Origin: an uncultured Actinomycetes bacterium
Lineage (GTDB): Bacteria; Actinomycetota; Thermoleophilia; UBA2241
Direction of reading: 5' to 3'
Assembly: GCA_963709345.1 (NCBI GenBank)
Contig: CAVPVX010000001.1
Location: 320,001-384,000 of the forward strand
DNA length: 64,000 nucleotides
The notes below the pieces were generated by a model. That model was not told where the DNA came from. It worked only from the letters and a program-made list of their open reading frames with translations, and made no database searches. Shown here one piece after another: positions 40,079 to 50,100 of this stretch (position 1 is the stretch's first letter; every line of letters starts with the position of its first letter). A program made the position numbers and the translations under genes.

Positions 40079-40121
40079 CACGCCGCGCCGCGCTCGTGAG
40101 GATTCATCCCATGGTGCACCC

Positions 40122-40649
40122 GTGATCCGATTTCGCGACAAACGCTTTCTCGCCGTGGCGGGGGCGCTCGCCGTCCTCATCATCTTCGTGCTGCCGTCGT
40201 TAGTGGCCTTCCGCTACTCGGCGCCGGAGCAGCGCGGCGAGTTCCTGACCCATCCGTGGCGCGGGTGGAGCTTCGCCTACGCCGCCCTCGCCGTGCCGGG
40301 CGACGCCAAGCTCAAGACCTCGGGCATGGCCCTGCGCAAGGCCGACTGGCTGTTCAAGGGCACCGTGGTGGACCCGCGTGAGGTGCAGCTTCTGTTCGTG
40401 GAGAAGGCCGAGCCCTACACGTTCCGGCACGCTGTCGGCGGACGCACGATCACCGGGAGCGTCGTCCCTACCTATCGCTTCATCTGGCAGGTGCAGGGCG
40501 CGGTGATCACCGTGTCCGATCGGTCCGACACCATCGTCGCGTTGCTCGACTACGACACGGGACGCGTGCTGTACGACATTCGCGACGACCTGACGGCAGC
40601 CGACCTGACGCCACCGGACGGCACCCCGGCTCCAAACCCGTCGCCGTGA
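40122..40649 (+). CDS. Hypothetical membrane-anchored protein
   Basis: N-terminal TM segment, Pro-rich tail, good codon bias. Confidence 0.7.
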   Translation: MIRFRDKRFLAVAGALAVLIIFVLPSLVAFRYSAPEQRGEFLTHPWRGWSFAYAALAVPGDAKLKTSGMALRKADWLFKGTVVDPREVQLLFVEKAEPYTFRHAVGGRTITGSVVPTYRFIWQVQGAVITVSDRSDTIVALLDYDTGRVLYDIRDDLTAADLTPPDGTPAPNPSP

Positions 40650-40679
40650 CGCCGGCGCACGCCTGAGGAGCCACGACCG

Positions 40680-41987
40680 GTGGCGACGACCGAAACTCCC
40701 GACGAAGGCGCGACAGCCCGCGGCTCCGGGGCGCCCGACGAACCGGAGCCGGCCGAAGCACCGGCTGCCGGATCCGCTGCCTCCCGGCCGCTGACGCGGG
40801 CGATCGTCGTCGCCGCCGGCAGCCGGCTGTTCGTGTTCGCGGTCGCTTTGGCGGCCGCCACGTTCGTCGGCATTCGGGGCCTGCCCGTAGGCTGGCGCTT
40901 CCCCCTACACGCGGAGGTGTTCGACGGGTGGCTCGGCGCCCTCTTCAATCCCTGGGCCCACTGGGACGGCGTCTGGTACATCAAGATCGCGACGAGCGGC
41001 TACGCCGACGCCGATGGCAGCACCGCCTTCTTCCCGCTCTTCCCCCTGCTGCTCCGCTACGTCGGGGTCGGCCTCGGCGGCAATCTCCTGCTCACCGGCA
41101 TCATCATCTCCCTGGCCTGCTACGCCGGCTGCGTCTGGCTGCTCTATCGTCTCGTGCGCTCCGATTTCGACGACGCGATCGCGAGCCGGACGGTGATCTA
41201 TCTCTCCGTCGCGCCGCTCTCGTTCTTCCTGCAGGCCGTGTACACGGAGTCACTGTTCCTCGTCCTCTCCCTGGCCTGCTTCGTGTTCGCCCGCGAGGGC
41301 CGCTGGCGGCTCGCAGGCGTTATGGGGTTGCTGGCGACGCTCACGCGGAGCACCGGCGTCCTGCTGCTGGTCCCCATGGCCTTCTACTACTACCAGCGCC
41401 GCGGCTGGAGCCTGAAGAAGACAGATTCGCACGTCGCCAATCTACTCATGGTCGTCGAGGGGCTGCTCGTCTGGATGACCTACCTGGCACTCGCGTTCGG
41501 CAAGCCCTTCGCCTTCTCGACCGCACAGTCGCAGTGGGAGCGGGGCTTCGGGGCCCCAAACTACACGATCGTCCGAGGAATCGTGGCCACAGTCTGGGGC
41601 CTGCGTAAGGTGGTGTCCGCCGAGTACTACCGCGTCTTCTGGGAGGTACCGCGACCGGGGTCCGACTACAGCACCGCCGGCACCAACCTCCTCAACCTCC
41701 TGTTCCTGATCGCCGCCGCCCTGCTGCTCTGGTACGGAGCCCGGCGCCTGCCGGCGGCGTACTCATGGTACGCTCTGGCCGCGCTTGCCTACCCGCTCTT
41801 CTTCCCGTCCACGTATGTGCCGCTGATGTCGTACCCGCGCTTCACCCTGACGGTCTTCCCTCTCTACGTGGCGCTGGCTGTGTTCACGCGCGAGCGGCCC
41901 AGGACGCACAAGGTGGTGGTGGTGGTGGGGCTTGTCCTGCTGGCGGCCCTGACCGCCAAGTTCGCGACCTTCAGTTGGGTGGCGTAG
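40680..41987 (+). CDS. GT-C mannosyltransferase (PIG-V-like)
   Basis: WDGVWY.KIA..GY, AFFPLFP, YTESLF, TRSTG, Q.QW.R, S.PRF. Confidence 0.85.
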   Translation: MATTETPDEGATARGSGAPDEPEPAEAPAAGSAASRPLTRAIVVAAGSRLFVFAVALAAATFVGIRGLPVGWRFPLHAEVFDGWLGALFNPWAHWDGVWYIKIATSGYADADGSTAFFPLFPLLLRYVGVGLGGNLLLTGIIISLACYAGCVWLLYRLVRSDFDDAIASRTVIYLSVAPLSFFLQAVYTESLFLVLSLACFVFAREGRWRLAGVMGLLATLTRSTGVLLLVPMAFYYYQRRGWSLKKTDSHVANLLMVVEGLLVWMTYLALAFGKPFAFSTAQSQWERGFGAPNYTIVRGIVATVWGLRKVVSAEYYRVFWEVPRPGSDYSTAGTNLLNLLFLIAAALLLWYGARRLPAAYSWYALAALAYPLFFPSTYVPLMSYPRFTLTVFPLYVALAVFTRERPRTHKVVVVVGLVLLAALTAKFATFSWVA

Positions 41988-42023
41988 CCGGCCGCGTGTC
42001 GCGGCCGACTCAGGGCTGGAGCG

Positions 42024-43676
42024 TCACGGCAGCGTCGAGGAACCCGGCGATGCGGTCGCCCCAGGCGAAGGCGACGACAGCGTCGCGCCGGGCGCGGTCT
42101 GGCTCCCCTCATCCGCGCCCGCCCGCTTGAAGACGAAGACCCCGTCCTTCGCGTAGACCGACTGGAAGCGGCCGTCGAGCACGAGCCGCCCGAGCGCCTG
42201 CGCATGGAGGCTCGCGTCTTCCTTGTCGTAGAAGAACGGCCGCTTCTGGTCGACGATCACCCAGTCCGCGTCGTCGAAGTAGGGAAAGACGTAGGCGACG
42301 CGACGCGCTGCGAGTTGCGCCCCGGCGTTGTTGTTGGCGGAGACACTCACGCCGTCCGGTATGAGCGCTACCGCCTCGTCAAGCGCGACCGCGTGCGCGC
42401 TCTTCGCGTAGTCCCGACCGTCGTAGGCGGCCCCCGGCAGCGAGAACGGAAGTGGCCCGAGGATGTAGTTGCCGGCGAGGGCGGCGAGAAGCACGGCCAG
42501 CGCCAGCGTGCCACGTCGCACCCGCTCTCTGCTCATCACGTTCTCGGCCCGGCCGAACCCGCCCCCAAGCCAGCGCCACAGACGCATCACTCCGAGGACG
42601 GCCGCGGCGTAGAGGTAGGGGATTTCGAGCGCCGTGTAGTGGAACTCGATGCGACGCTGGAACGTCGTCGCCGACAGCGCGTTCAGCGCGTACTCCGGCA
42701 ACGCGACGAGCACGGTGAGCGGGCTCAAGAGCGAAGCGAACGCGAACGGCCAGAGCAGCTTGAACCAGTAGCTCAGGTTGTCGACGGCGGTGAAGTCGGC
42801 GAACGTCTGCGCGGGATTCGCGAGCACGTTCTTCACGACCTCGGCGGCGCCGTCGCCATAGTCGCCGTAGCGAGCGACGAACGCGCTCTGGTCGCCGTTG
42901 TAGTGCGGGATCACCATCCAGACGGCCAGAACGAACCACGCCACCCCGACGATGCTCACCAGGAGTGGTTTCCACGACCGCTTGCGGATCGCGAAGTAGC
43001 CTCCCATGAAAGCGACTACGAGAGGCACGGTCTCCTTGCACGATGCGGCGAGGATGAGGAAGATGGCCGCCCGCACCCACCGGCTCTCCTCCATGTACAG
43101 GAAGGCCCACAGTAGAAGCGGCGTGGCGAGCGCGACGGGGTGGAACTCGTTGAGGACGAGGAAGCCGAGTGCGGGATAGAGGAGATACGCGCCGGCCAGA
43201 AGGGCGCCGGCGCTCGGGTCACGCGTGATGCGCGTGCCCAGCCGATACGCCGGCCAGGCTCCGGTCGCCACGATCGCAGCCTGGGCGACCAGCAGCATGA
43301 CCGGACTCGGCCACACCAGCCACGGAAGCGCGAACAGCGCCAGTATGGGGTCGACGTGCGAGCCGAGCCGCGACATCTGCCGCGGCACCGTTTCTCCCGT
43401 TGTGATCTCCAGGAAGCGGCCGTTCGCGGTGTTGTACACGGCCTGCACCATGTTGCCGAGATCAAAGCGGGCGTCCATGTACGCGCGGTACTTGAGCCAC
43501 GAGAGAAGGGCGTAGATCGCGGCGAAGAGCACGGCGCCCCCGATGACGTACAGGGCGCGGCGCCGGAAGAGCACCGCCATCTCGTCGGGAGCGAGCTCGC
43601 CGATGGCGCTCCGCGCCGCCCGCCGGTCTGAGCCCGCGGCGGCGGGCGGCGTGCGTGTGTCACGGCGACGACTCAT
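42024..43676 (-). CDS. DUF2079-family membrane protein (putative GT-C)
   Basis: FDLG...Q, LGSHVDP, EFHP, KE, RY, FHY motifs. Confidence 0.8.
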   Translation of the reverse strand: MSRRRDTRTPPAAAGSDRRAARSAIGELAPDEMAVLFRRRALYVIGGAVLFAAIYALLSWLKYRAYMDARFDLGNMVQAVYNTANGRFLEITTGETVPRQMSRLGSHVDPILALFALPWLVWPSPVMLLVAQAAIVATGAWPAYRLGTRITRDPSAGALLAGAYLLYPALGFLVLNEFHPVALATPLLLWAFLYMEESRWVRAAIFLILAASCKETVPLVVAFMGGYFAIRKRSWKPLLVSIVGVAWFVLAVWMVIPHYNGDQSAFVARYGDYGDGAAEVVKNVLANPAQTFADFTAVDNLSYWFKLLWPFAFASLLSPLTVLVALPEYALNALSATTFQRRIEFHYTALEIPYLYAAAVLGVMRLWRWLGGGFGRAENVMSRERVRRGTLALAVLLAALAGNYILGPLPFSLPGAAYDGRDYAKSAHAVALDEAVALIPDGVSVSANNNAGAQLAARRVAYVFPYFDDADWVIVDQKRPFFYDKEDASLHAQALGRLVLDGRFQSVYAKDGVFVFKRAGADEGSQTAPGATLSSPSPGATASPGSSTLP

Positions 43677-44653
43677 CCCATGACTCTCCGGCGCGTGACG
43701 AGCTCGATCGCGACCACGATGCCCACGAACGCGAGTTCTACCACGGTCACCAGCACGCGCAACAGCAGTGCCCAGGCGAGCGCCACCCCGCCGGGCAGCC
43801 ACGCCGCGAGCGACGCCGTGAGGATCGCCTCGCGTACGCCGATACCACTGGGGAAGAAGAACGCCGCCATGCCCGCCACGTACGCGAACGCGTAGGCCAC
43901 GATCACCAGCGGCAGGGCCTCGATGCCGAGCCCGGTGGTCGCGTGCGCCAGGAGCCACGCGCCCGCGCCCGCGATCAGCCACCCAAGAGTGAAGTAGCAG
44001 AGAAGCGCCAGCACGGGGCCGAAGCCGAGGGTGATGTCAAGTGGTGGGCGTTTGAGCAGGCGCAGAGCCCTGCCGGCCAGCGGACCGAACAGCCGCGGGT
44101 GCATCAGGGCGATCAGGACAGGGATCGCGATGAGGCTCAAGGCGGTGAGCCCGGGGCGGTACTCCCAGAAGGGGAAGAGCAGGGCGACGGCGAGCAGCGC
44201 GGAGCAGACGCCGAGTGCCTGCTCGTAGACCATGGCTGCGCTCACCCTGTCGACGGGCAGGCCCTGCGCATGGCTCATCCAGGCACGCCCGACGAACATG
44301 AACACGGTGCCGGGGACGTAGCGCGCGAGGACCGACTTGCCCCAGACGGAGGTCGTCGGCCAGAAGCGTCCCCCCACCCCGCATCCGCGCAACACGAGCC
44401 ACCAGGCGACGGCCTGCGCAAGGTAGAAGAGCAGGAAGGCGACGACGGAGAGCGCGAGCCAGCCCAGGTGGAGCGACCACTCGTACTCGCTGATGCTGTG
44501 CCACGAGCGCACGAGATACGTGGCGAGAAAGTACAGCGTGGCCGCGATGAGCGCGATCTGTGCGAGGCGCAGAAGCAGGCGCCGCCGGGGCGAAGAGCGT
44601 CGCGGTGAGGCGGCCCCCAGGCCAGACTGTCCCTGCGGCTGCTCCAGCCCCAT
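43673..44653 (-). CDS. LPG-synthase-TM / flippase-like membrane protein
   Basis: ARYVPG, PSGIGVRE, LLLR motifs; multi-TM. Confidence 0.8.
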   Translation of the reverse strand: MGLEQPQGQSGLGAASPRRSSPRRRLLLRLAQIALIAATLYFLATYLVRSWHSISEYEWSLHLGWLALSVVAFLLFYLAQAVAWWLVLRGCGVGGRFWPTTSVWGKSVLARYVPGTVFMFVGRAWMSHAQGLPVDRVSAAMVYEQALGVCSALLAVALLFPFWEYRPGLTALSLIAIPVLIALMHPRLFGPLAGRALRLLKRPPLDITLGFGPVLALLCYFTLGWLIAGAGAWLLAHATTGLGIEALPLVIVAYAFAYVAGMAAFFFPSGIGVREAILTASLAAWLPGGVALAWALLLRVLVTVVELAFVGIVVAIELVTRRRVMG

Positions 44654-45771
44654 CACCGGCCCTCCAGCGCCGCGAGCAGGCCGGCCGCGACCACGGCGGG
44701 CGTGAACGCCCGCCGGTAGAGTGCGAGCCCGGCCTCCCCAAGGCGGGTCCGCTCGGCATCGTCGAGCAGCTTCCGCAGCGCCCCGGCCAACGCGGCGCCG
44801 TCGCCGGCCGGAGTCAGCAGCGCCGTCTCGCCGTCGTGGAGCCACTCGCGGGCGCCGGCAGTATCGGCGGTGACGACCGGCCGGCCGCAGGCAAGGCCGT
44901 CGTAGACCTTGTTCGGGACCACGCGGCCGGCTTTGTCGGAGCGGCCGAAGACGCCCATGGTGACGTCCGCATTCAGCGTCCTCTCCCGCAACTCGCGCGG
45001 CGGCAGAGCGCCGACCCACTCGATGTTCGTGAGCCCCCGGGCGGCGATCTGCCGGCGCAGATCCGCCGAAAGCTGCCCCTCGCCGACGAGCACGAAGCGG
45101 AAGGGTTCCGCGCGCAGAAGCTCCGCGGCGGCCACGACCGTCTCCGCGCCGTGAAGCGGGCTCCACTTGCCGTACTGGAGCACGACGAGCGGCTCACCAG
45201 GGGGGAGCCGGCGCGCAACGCCGTCGGCGAGGGGCTCCGGCAGAGCGCCGACCGGGGTGACCGCGACGCGCCGGCGCGGCAGCTTGAAGACATCCTGGAA
45301 GTAGGCGGCGTGCGCCCACGTGTCGGCGAGCACCAGATCGGGTGTCTTGAAGGCGACGGTGTCGGCGGCACGGACGACCCGGGCCTTCGCTCCACCGTCG
45401 GGGACAAGCCCGCGGTCGCCGGCAAACGTGTCCCACAGCGAGACGAGAGGGTCGAACACCAGGCAGGACCGACACATCGTCGCCAGCAGCCGACCGAAGG
45501 GAACCAGGAAGTGGCCCGGATAGCCGACGACGACGGCGTCGACGTCCAGGCGCCGGCGATGCTGGAGGACCAGGCGCAGGTGCGCCGCCGCGATCCCGGA
45601 CGCGAGGTGCGCGGCGCCGCGAACGCCGGCCATCTCGGCGGCCGTCAGCGACGGGAGCGGCGACTGGAACTCCTCGACCCGGATCCCGTGCTCGCGGAGC
45701 CCCTGGATGAGCACGGCGTTGCGCGGGTACGCCGGGTCGTACGTGCCGACGTAGGCGACAGCCCGGGTCAC
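44653..45771 (-). CDS. Glycosyltransferase family 4
   Basis: YPRN, G...PLHG, G.FG.S.KA.RVVPNKVY..LACG.PVVTAD. Confidence 0.85.
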   Translation of the reverse strand: MTRAVAYVGTYDPAYPRNAVLIQGLREHGIRVEEFQSPLPSLTAAEMAGVRGAAHLASGIAAAHLRLVLQHRRRLDVDAVVVGYPGHFLVPFGRLLATMCRSCLVFDPLVSLWDTFAGDRGLVPDGGAKARVVRAADTVAFKTPDLVLADTWAHAAYFQDVFKLPRRRVAVTPVGALPEPLADGVARRLPPGEPLVVLQYGKWSPLHGAETVVAAAELLRAEPFRFVLVGEGQLSADLRRQIAARGLTNIEWVGALPPRELRERTLNADVTMGVFGRSDKAGRVVPNKVYDGLACGRPVVTADTAGAREWLHDGETALLTPAGDGAALAGALRKLLDDAERTRLGEAGLALYRRAFTPAVVAAGLLAALEGR

Positions 45772-46736
45772 GTCTGCGGGTTGCCGACGGAGGCGTCCCG
45801 CTCGAGCACCACGACGACCTGCGCGGCGTCCGGCCCTCTCCGCGCCCGCGAGTTGGCGATCAGCTCGCCGATCAGCCCCAGACTCAGCAGTTGCACGCCG
45901 ACGATGATGGACAGCGCCCCGAGCAACAACAGCGGCCGCTGCCCGATCGGGTTGCCGAAGACCAGCTTGTCCACGGTCAGGTATGCCTCGACGGCCAGGC
46001 CGATGAGGATGAGAAGCGTGCCCAGCCCTCCGAAGAGGTGCTGCGGACGATGCTGATAGCGCCCGAGAAAGAGGACGGTGAGGAGGTCGAGATAGCCGCG
46101 CAGATACCGTTGCCAACCGTACTTCGAGCGGCCCGCTGTGCGCCGCCGATGGCTGACCTTCACCTCGGTGACCTCAAAGCCGGCCTGCGCGGCGACCACA
46201 GGGATGTAGCGGTGCAGCTCGCCGTACACCGAGATCGTGTCGACGACGTCGCGACGATACGCCTTGAGGCCGCAGTTGAAGTCGTGCAGCGGGATGCCGG
46301 TGGCACGCCGCACCGTCCAGTTGAAGAAGCGTGACGGCACCGTCTTGTTGATGGGGTCCTGCCGCCGCTGCTTCCACCCCGAGACGAGGTCGAAGCCTTC
46401 GGAGAGTGGAGCCACGAGGCGCGGGATCTCGCCGGGGTCGTCCTGGCGGTCGCCATCCATGGTGACGATGACGTCTCCGCGGGCGGCGGCGAACCCGTGG
46501 GCGAGAGCGGCGGCCTTGCCGAAGTTCCGGCGCAGCTTGACGACCCTCACGTCGTCGCGCGACCCGGCCAGTTGCTCCATGGTCGCGAACGAACCGTCCC
46601 GCGAACCGTCGTCGACAAAGACGATCTCATAGGGCGCCGCGTACGCGGCCAGAGCCTCGTCGATCTCGGCGACGAGAGGCACGAGGCTGTCCGCCTCGTT
46701 GTAGACCGGAATGACCAGTGAAAGGAGTGAGCACAT
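45768..46736 (-). CDS. GT2 polyprenol-phosphate glycosyltransferase (ArnC/GtrB-like)
   Basis: VIPVYNE, VDDGSRD, RRNFGK, MDGDRQDDP, HRYIP, SKYG; two C-terminal TM segments. Confidence 0.9.
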   Translation of the reverse strand: MCSLLSLVIPVYNEADSLVPLVAEIDEALAAYAAPYEIVFVDDGSRDGSFATMEQLAGSRDDVRVVKLRRNFGKAAALAHGFAAARGDVIVTMDGDRQDDPGEIPRLVAPLSEGFDLVSGWKQRRQDPINKTVPSRFFNWTVRRATGIPLHDFNCGLKAYRRDVVDTISVYGELHRYIPVVAAQAGFEVTEVKVSHRRRTAGRSKYGWQRYLRGYLDLLTVLFLGRYQHRPQHLFGGLGTLLILIGLAVEAYLTVDKLVFGNPIGQRPLLLLGALSIIVGVQLLSLGLIGELIANSRARRGPDAAQVVVVLERDASVGNPQT

Positions 46737-46797
46737 TTCGGCTCACTAGGATACATCCTTGCGGCAACCCGCGAGCATGAAGCCGCCATGCCTGCGC

Positions 46798-47067
46798 CTA
46801 GGCTTCGACGTCTTCGCCCGCTCCGCACGGCTCTTCGGTGTCGCGGCCGCACCCCGGGCGACCGGAGCCGCCGCATCCATCGTCCGTCCCTTCACGTCCG
46901 TCGTCCGCTTGCCCGAAGGCATCGAGAGCTCGGCGCCCGATCACCTGGACGTCGTCGTGCACGCTGCTGTTCAGAAGCGCCGCCAGCTGCGCGCTCCTGA
47001 CCTTGAGCTTGACACCGAAGAACTCGACCTCGCTGCTCTCGGGTGTGCCGTCGTCGGACGCCTGCAT
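46798..47067 (-). CDS. Small hypothetical protein
   Basis: EVEFFGVKLKV.S..LAALLNS is a protein-like segment. Confidence 0.45.
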   Translation of the reverse strand: MQASDDGTPESSEVEFFGVKLKVRSAQLAALLNSSVHDDVQVIGRRALDAFGQADDGREGTDDGCGGSGRPGCGRDTEEPCGAGEDVEA

Positions 47068-47285
47068 CGATACCATACGAGCAGCATCGGCGAGACGGCC
47101 GGCAATGCACAGGGCGCCCTAGACACATGTACCTGGGCGCTGCGGGTCGAACCCGCCCGGCGCGGCTCCCGTCTCCTACCACGCGGAGACAGGCCCAGCA
47201 GCGTGCGGCGTTCCGCTGGCGGGCGCGATGGACGCTTGGTAGCATGGGGGGATTCCCCGTCGGCCGGGGTCTGGGGAGGATGCGG

Positions 47286-49115
47286 ATGAGCAGGAGAACT
47301 TGGCTCGCGCTGGCGATCGCCGCTCTGGTGGCGGCGTCGTTCTCCGCGAGCGTGGTCGCGGCGAAACGCGCCACTGAGGACCGCCCTCGATACGTCACTC
47401 GTGGCCTCGACTACCTCCACTCCCGCCAGGCCGACAACGGCGGGTTCGTCACGCCCTCGAACACGGCCTGGGGCATCCTTGGCGCCGTCGCCAGCGGCGA
47501 GCGGATGGGCTCAAGCGCCTGGAAGGTCGGCGGCAAGAACCCCTTCGACTACCTCGAGAGCATCAACCATGAAGCCGCTGCATCCGGCGCCGGAGTCGAC
47601 AACGCTCCGGTCTACTACGCGCGAGCCGTCATGGCGTACGTCGCGGTCGACCGCCGTGATCGCGTGTTCATCGCCGGCACCCCTCGTGTCGACCTCCTCG
47701 CGAAGCTCTACTCCTACCAGAACTGGTCGGAGACCAAGCCGGATCCTCTTCCCTCCATCTGGGGCAGCTTCTCGCCGTCGACCTCGATGCGTCAGTCGAA
47801 CGCCGTGCACACCACGAGTTGGGCCGTGCTCGCCATGCACGCGTTCGGCCTCGACGACGAGCCTCGTTACGCCGCAGCCACGCAGTGGCTGGCCGGGCAG
47901 CAGAAGGCGAGCGGGGGATTCCCCAGCGAGGCCGACAAGAACGCCGATCTCCTGAACACGGCCCTCGCGATCCAGGCGCTGGTCGCCGCGCCCGACGGGA
48001 CGGTGCCGGCGACGGCACTCGAGGCGGCGCGCCTGTATCTCAAGGACAACCAGAACGACAACGGCGGGTTCCCCGTCGATCCGGGCGAACGCACCGATGC
48101 GGAAGCCACGGCCGCGGGGATCCAAGCGATCCTCGCACTCGGCGAGAGCCCGGAGGACGACTACTGGAAGAAGGGCGTCAACACGCCCGTCTCCGCGCTC
48201 GGCGTGCTCCAGCGCACCAACGGTTCGTACAAGCTGACGAGCGTTTCGAGCGTGCGTCCGCTGGAGGTGACCGGCTGGTCGCTCGTCGCCATGAGCCGCA
48301 GGAGCTTCACTGCTTTCCCGAAGACGCTCGGCCAAGCCGAGACGGCCTTCAGGTTCCGTCCCCGGTTCCGCACCATCTCCCCGAAGAACGGCGCCAAGTT
48401 CAAGACCACGCGCATCGTGCTCATCCGGGCCACGTACACCGACTTCTATCCCAAGGGGACCGGCATCAACACCTCCGCCAGCCGCGTGTACGTCGACAAC
48501 GTGAACCTGAGCCGGGCGGCGAACATCGGCAAGTACGGGCTGCGGTTGCAGCTCAAGGACGTCTCGAACGGCACGCACACGTACAAGATCGAACTCGTGG
48601 ACAACGCCGGCAACCGCAAGGCGCTGCAGCGCAAGTTCACCGTCAACGTCCGCACACCCGCGCCACAGCCCACGAGCACCTATCAGCCGGCGCCCGCGCC
48701 GGTCTACCCGCCCGTGTACCCGACACCGACGCGCACCACCTATCCCGAGCCGGCCGACACCGGCGTGCCCGAGCCCTACGAGACGGTGACTCCGTATCCG
48801 TACGAGAGCCCCAGTCCCTACCCCTCGGGCAGCGGCCAGCCCGTCGTCGGTTCGCCGCTGCCTTCCCCCAGCGCGTCCGCTGGAGTCGGAGCGTCCAGCG
48901 GGGGCGGTAGTGCCGGCGGGTTCGTGGGTGGTACCCTGCTCGCCATGCTGCCCATCGGCGCCGCCGCGTCCTACCTCGTGCTTCGCCGCCGCGAGGACGT
49001 TCTCGGCGAGGCCAGCCAGGGTGCCGTATTCGGCGGCGGCGGCAGCGCTTGGGAGCGCATGAACGCCACCCTCGCCAAGTCCAAGGACCTGACCAAGCCG
49101 ACGTCACGGAAGTGA
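47286..49115 (+). CDS. Secreted prenyltransferase/squalene-cyclase-repeat protein with Ig-like domain, Pro/Thr/Tyr stalk and C-terminal TM
   Basis: Signal peptide; repeats YL...Q..NGGF, WL..QQ..SGGF, YL..NQNDNGGF, LQ..NGSY; TM followed by RRR. Confidence 0.8.
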   Translation: MSRRTWLALAIAALVAASFSASVVAAKRATEDRPRYVTRGLDYLHSRQADNGGFVTPSNTAWGILGAVASGERMGSSAWKVGGKNPFDYLESINHEAAASGAGVDNAPVYYARAVMAYVAVDRRDRVFIAGTPRVDLLAKLYSYQNWSETKPDPLPSIWGSFSPSTSMRQSNAVHTTSWAVLAMHAFGLDDEPRYAAATQWLAGQQKASGGFPSEADKNADLLNTALAIQALVAAPDGTVPATALEAARLYLKDNQNDNGGFPVDPGERTDAEATAAGIQAILALGESPEDDYWKKGVNTPVSALGVLQRTNGSYKLTSVSSVRPLEVTGWSLVAMSRRSFTAFPKTLGQAETAFRFRPRFRTISPKNGAKFKTTRIVLIRATYTDFYPKGTGINTSASRVYVDNVNLSRAANIGKYGLRLQLKDVSNGTHTYKIELVDNAGNRKALQRKFTVNVRTPAPQPTSTYQPAPAPVYPPVYPTPTRTTYPEPADTGVPEPYETVTPYPYESPSPYPSGSGQPVVGSPLPSPSASAGVGASSGGGSAGGFVGGTLLAMLPIGAAASYLVLRRREDVLGEASQGAVFGGGGSAWERMNATLAKSKDLTKPTSRK

Positions 49116-49122
49116 GTCCCCG

Positions 49123-50094
49123 TTGAACGACATCCAGCAGCTGATCTACGACATCTCCCGGATCCTGCTGTGGCCCGTACTCGTCGCCGCCGTCATCTGC
49201 CTGGTGTGGGTGCTCATCGAGTTCGGCGTGATCCTGTACGAGATCTGGCTCCGGTTCCGCTACCGCGACCTCGACGCTCTCGAGGTCAGGGCGCTGCGGG
49301 CGCGCAAAGCCTTTCGTGACGGCAAACCTCGCACCGCGTACCGCTATCTGCAAGAGAATGTGTACTCGCTGGTCGTCGTTCGCTTCCTCTACGATCTGAT
49401 CCGCAACTATCAGACGGAGCGCCTGGCAGCCAAGCCGCTCAAGCTCCTGCAGGAGTACGAGTTCTTCACGATCAAGCGGCTCGAGCGTACGCGCATCCTC
49501 GTGCGCGTCGGCCCGATGCTCGGCCTCATGGGCACGCTGATCCCGCTGTCGCCCGCGCTGGTTGGCTTGGCCACGGGCGACACCCAGGCGCTGGCGGACA
49601 ACCTCGTCACCGCATTCTCGGTCACCGTCATCGGCCTGCTCATCGGCGGTCTCGCCTTCGTGATCAGCATCATCCGTGACCGCATGTACTCTCAGGACAT
49701 CTCCGACATGGAGTACCTGCTTGAGCTGATCGAAGGCTCTGACGTACGCCTGCGGTCGGGACGCCGGCTCTCCAAGACAGGGGTCTGGGACGCGGATGCC
49801 GAGATCGCCTACGAGGTGAGTGAAGAGGATGCCGAGAAGACCGCGGTCGCCGTCTTGCCGGAGACGCCGGAGGAGCCGCTCCTGCCCGTCGCCGCGCCGC
49901 CCGCCGCGCTTCGTCCACAGCCCGCGGGCGCGCCGGGAGCGGGCGAGGAGCCGGGGGCGGGTCTCGCCTTCGACGACCCGCGCATGGACTGGACGCGGTA
50001 CGACGACCCCTTCGCGGACCTCGGGCCCGTAGATCCCGAAGGCACCGATGATCCCACGCCGCGCGGCAAGAGCGGCCCCGTCCGGCATCGCTGA
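49123..50094 (+). CDS. MotA/TolQ/ExbB proton-channel family protein
   Basis: LERTRILVRVGPMLGLMGTLIPL.PAL.GL..GD...LA.NL..AFSVTVIGL; acidic C-terminal tail. Confidence 0.88.
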   Translation: MNDIQQLIYDISRILLWPVLVAAVICLVWVLIEFGVILYEIWLRFRYRDLDALEVRALRARKAFRDGKPRTAYRYLQENVYSLVVVRFLYDLIRNYQTERLAAKPLKLLQEYEFFTIKRLERTRILVRVGPMLGLMGTLIPLSPALVGLATGDTQALADNLVTAFSVTVIGLLIGGLAFVISIIRDRMYSQDISDMEYLLELIEGSDVRLRSGRRLSKTGVWDADAEIAYEVSEEDAEKTAVAVLPETPEEPLLPVAAPPAALRPQPAGAPGAGEEPGAGLAFDDPRMDWTRYDDPFADLGPVDPEGTDDPTPRGKSGPVRHR

Positions 50095-50100
50095 GCAGCC

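Noticed and set aside
47286-49115. Squalene-hopene cyclase
   Set aside because: No DxDD motif, and the protein has a signal peptide and TM anchor.
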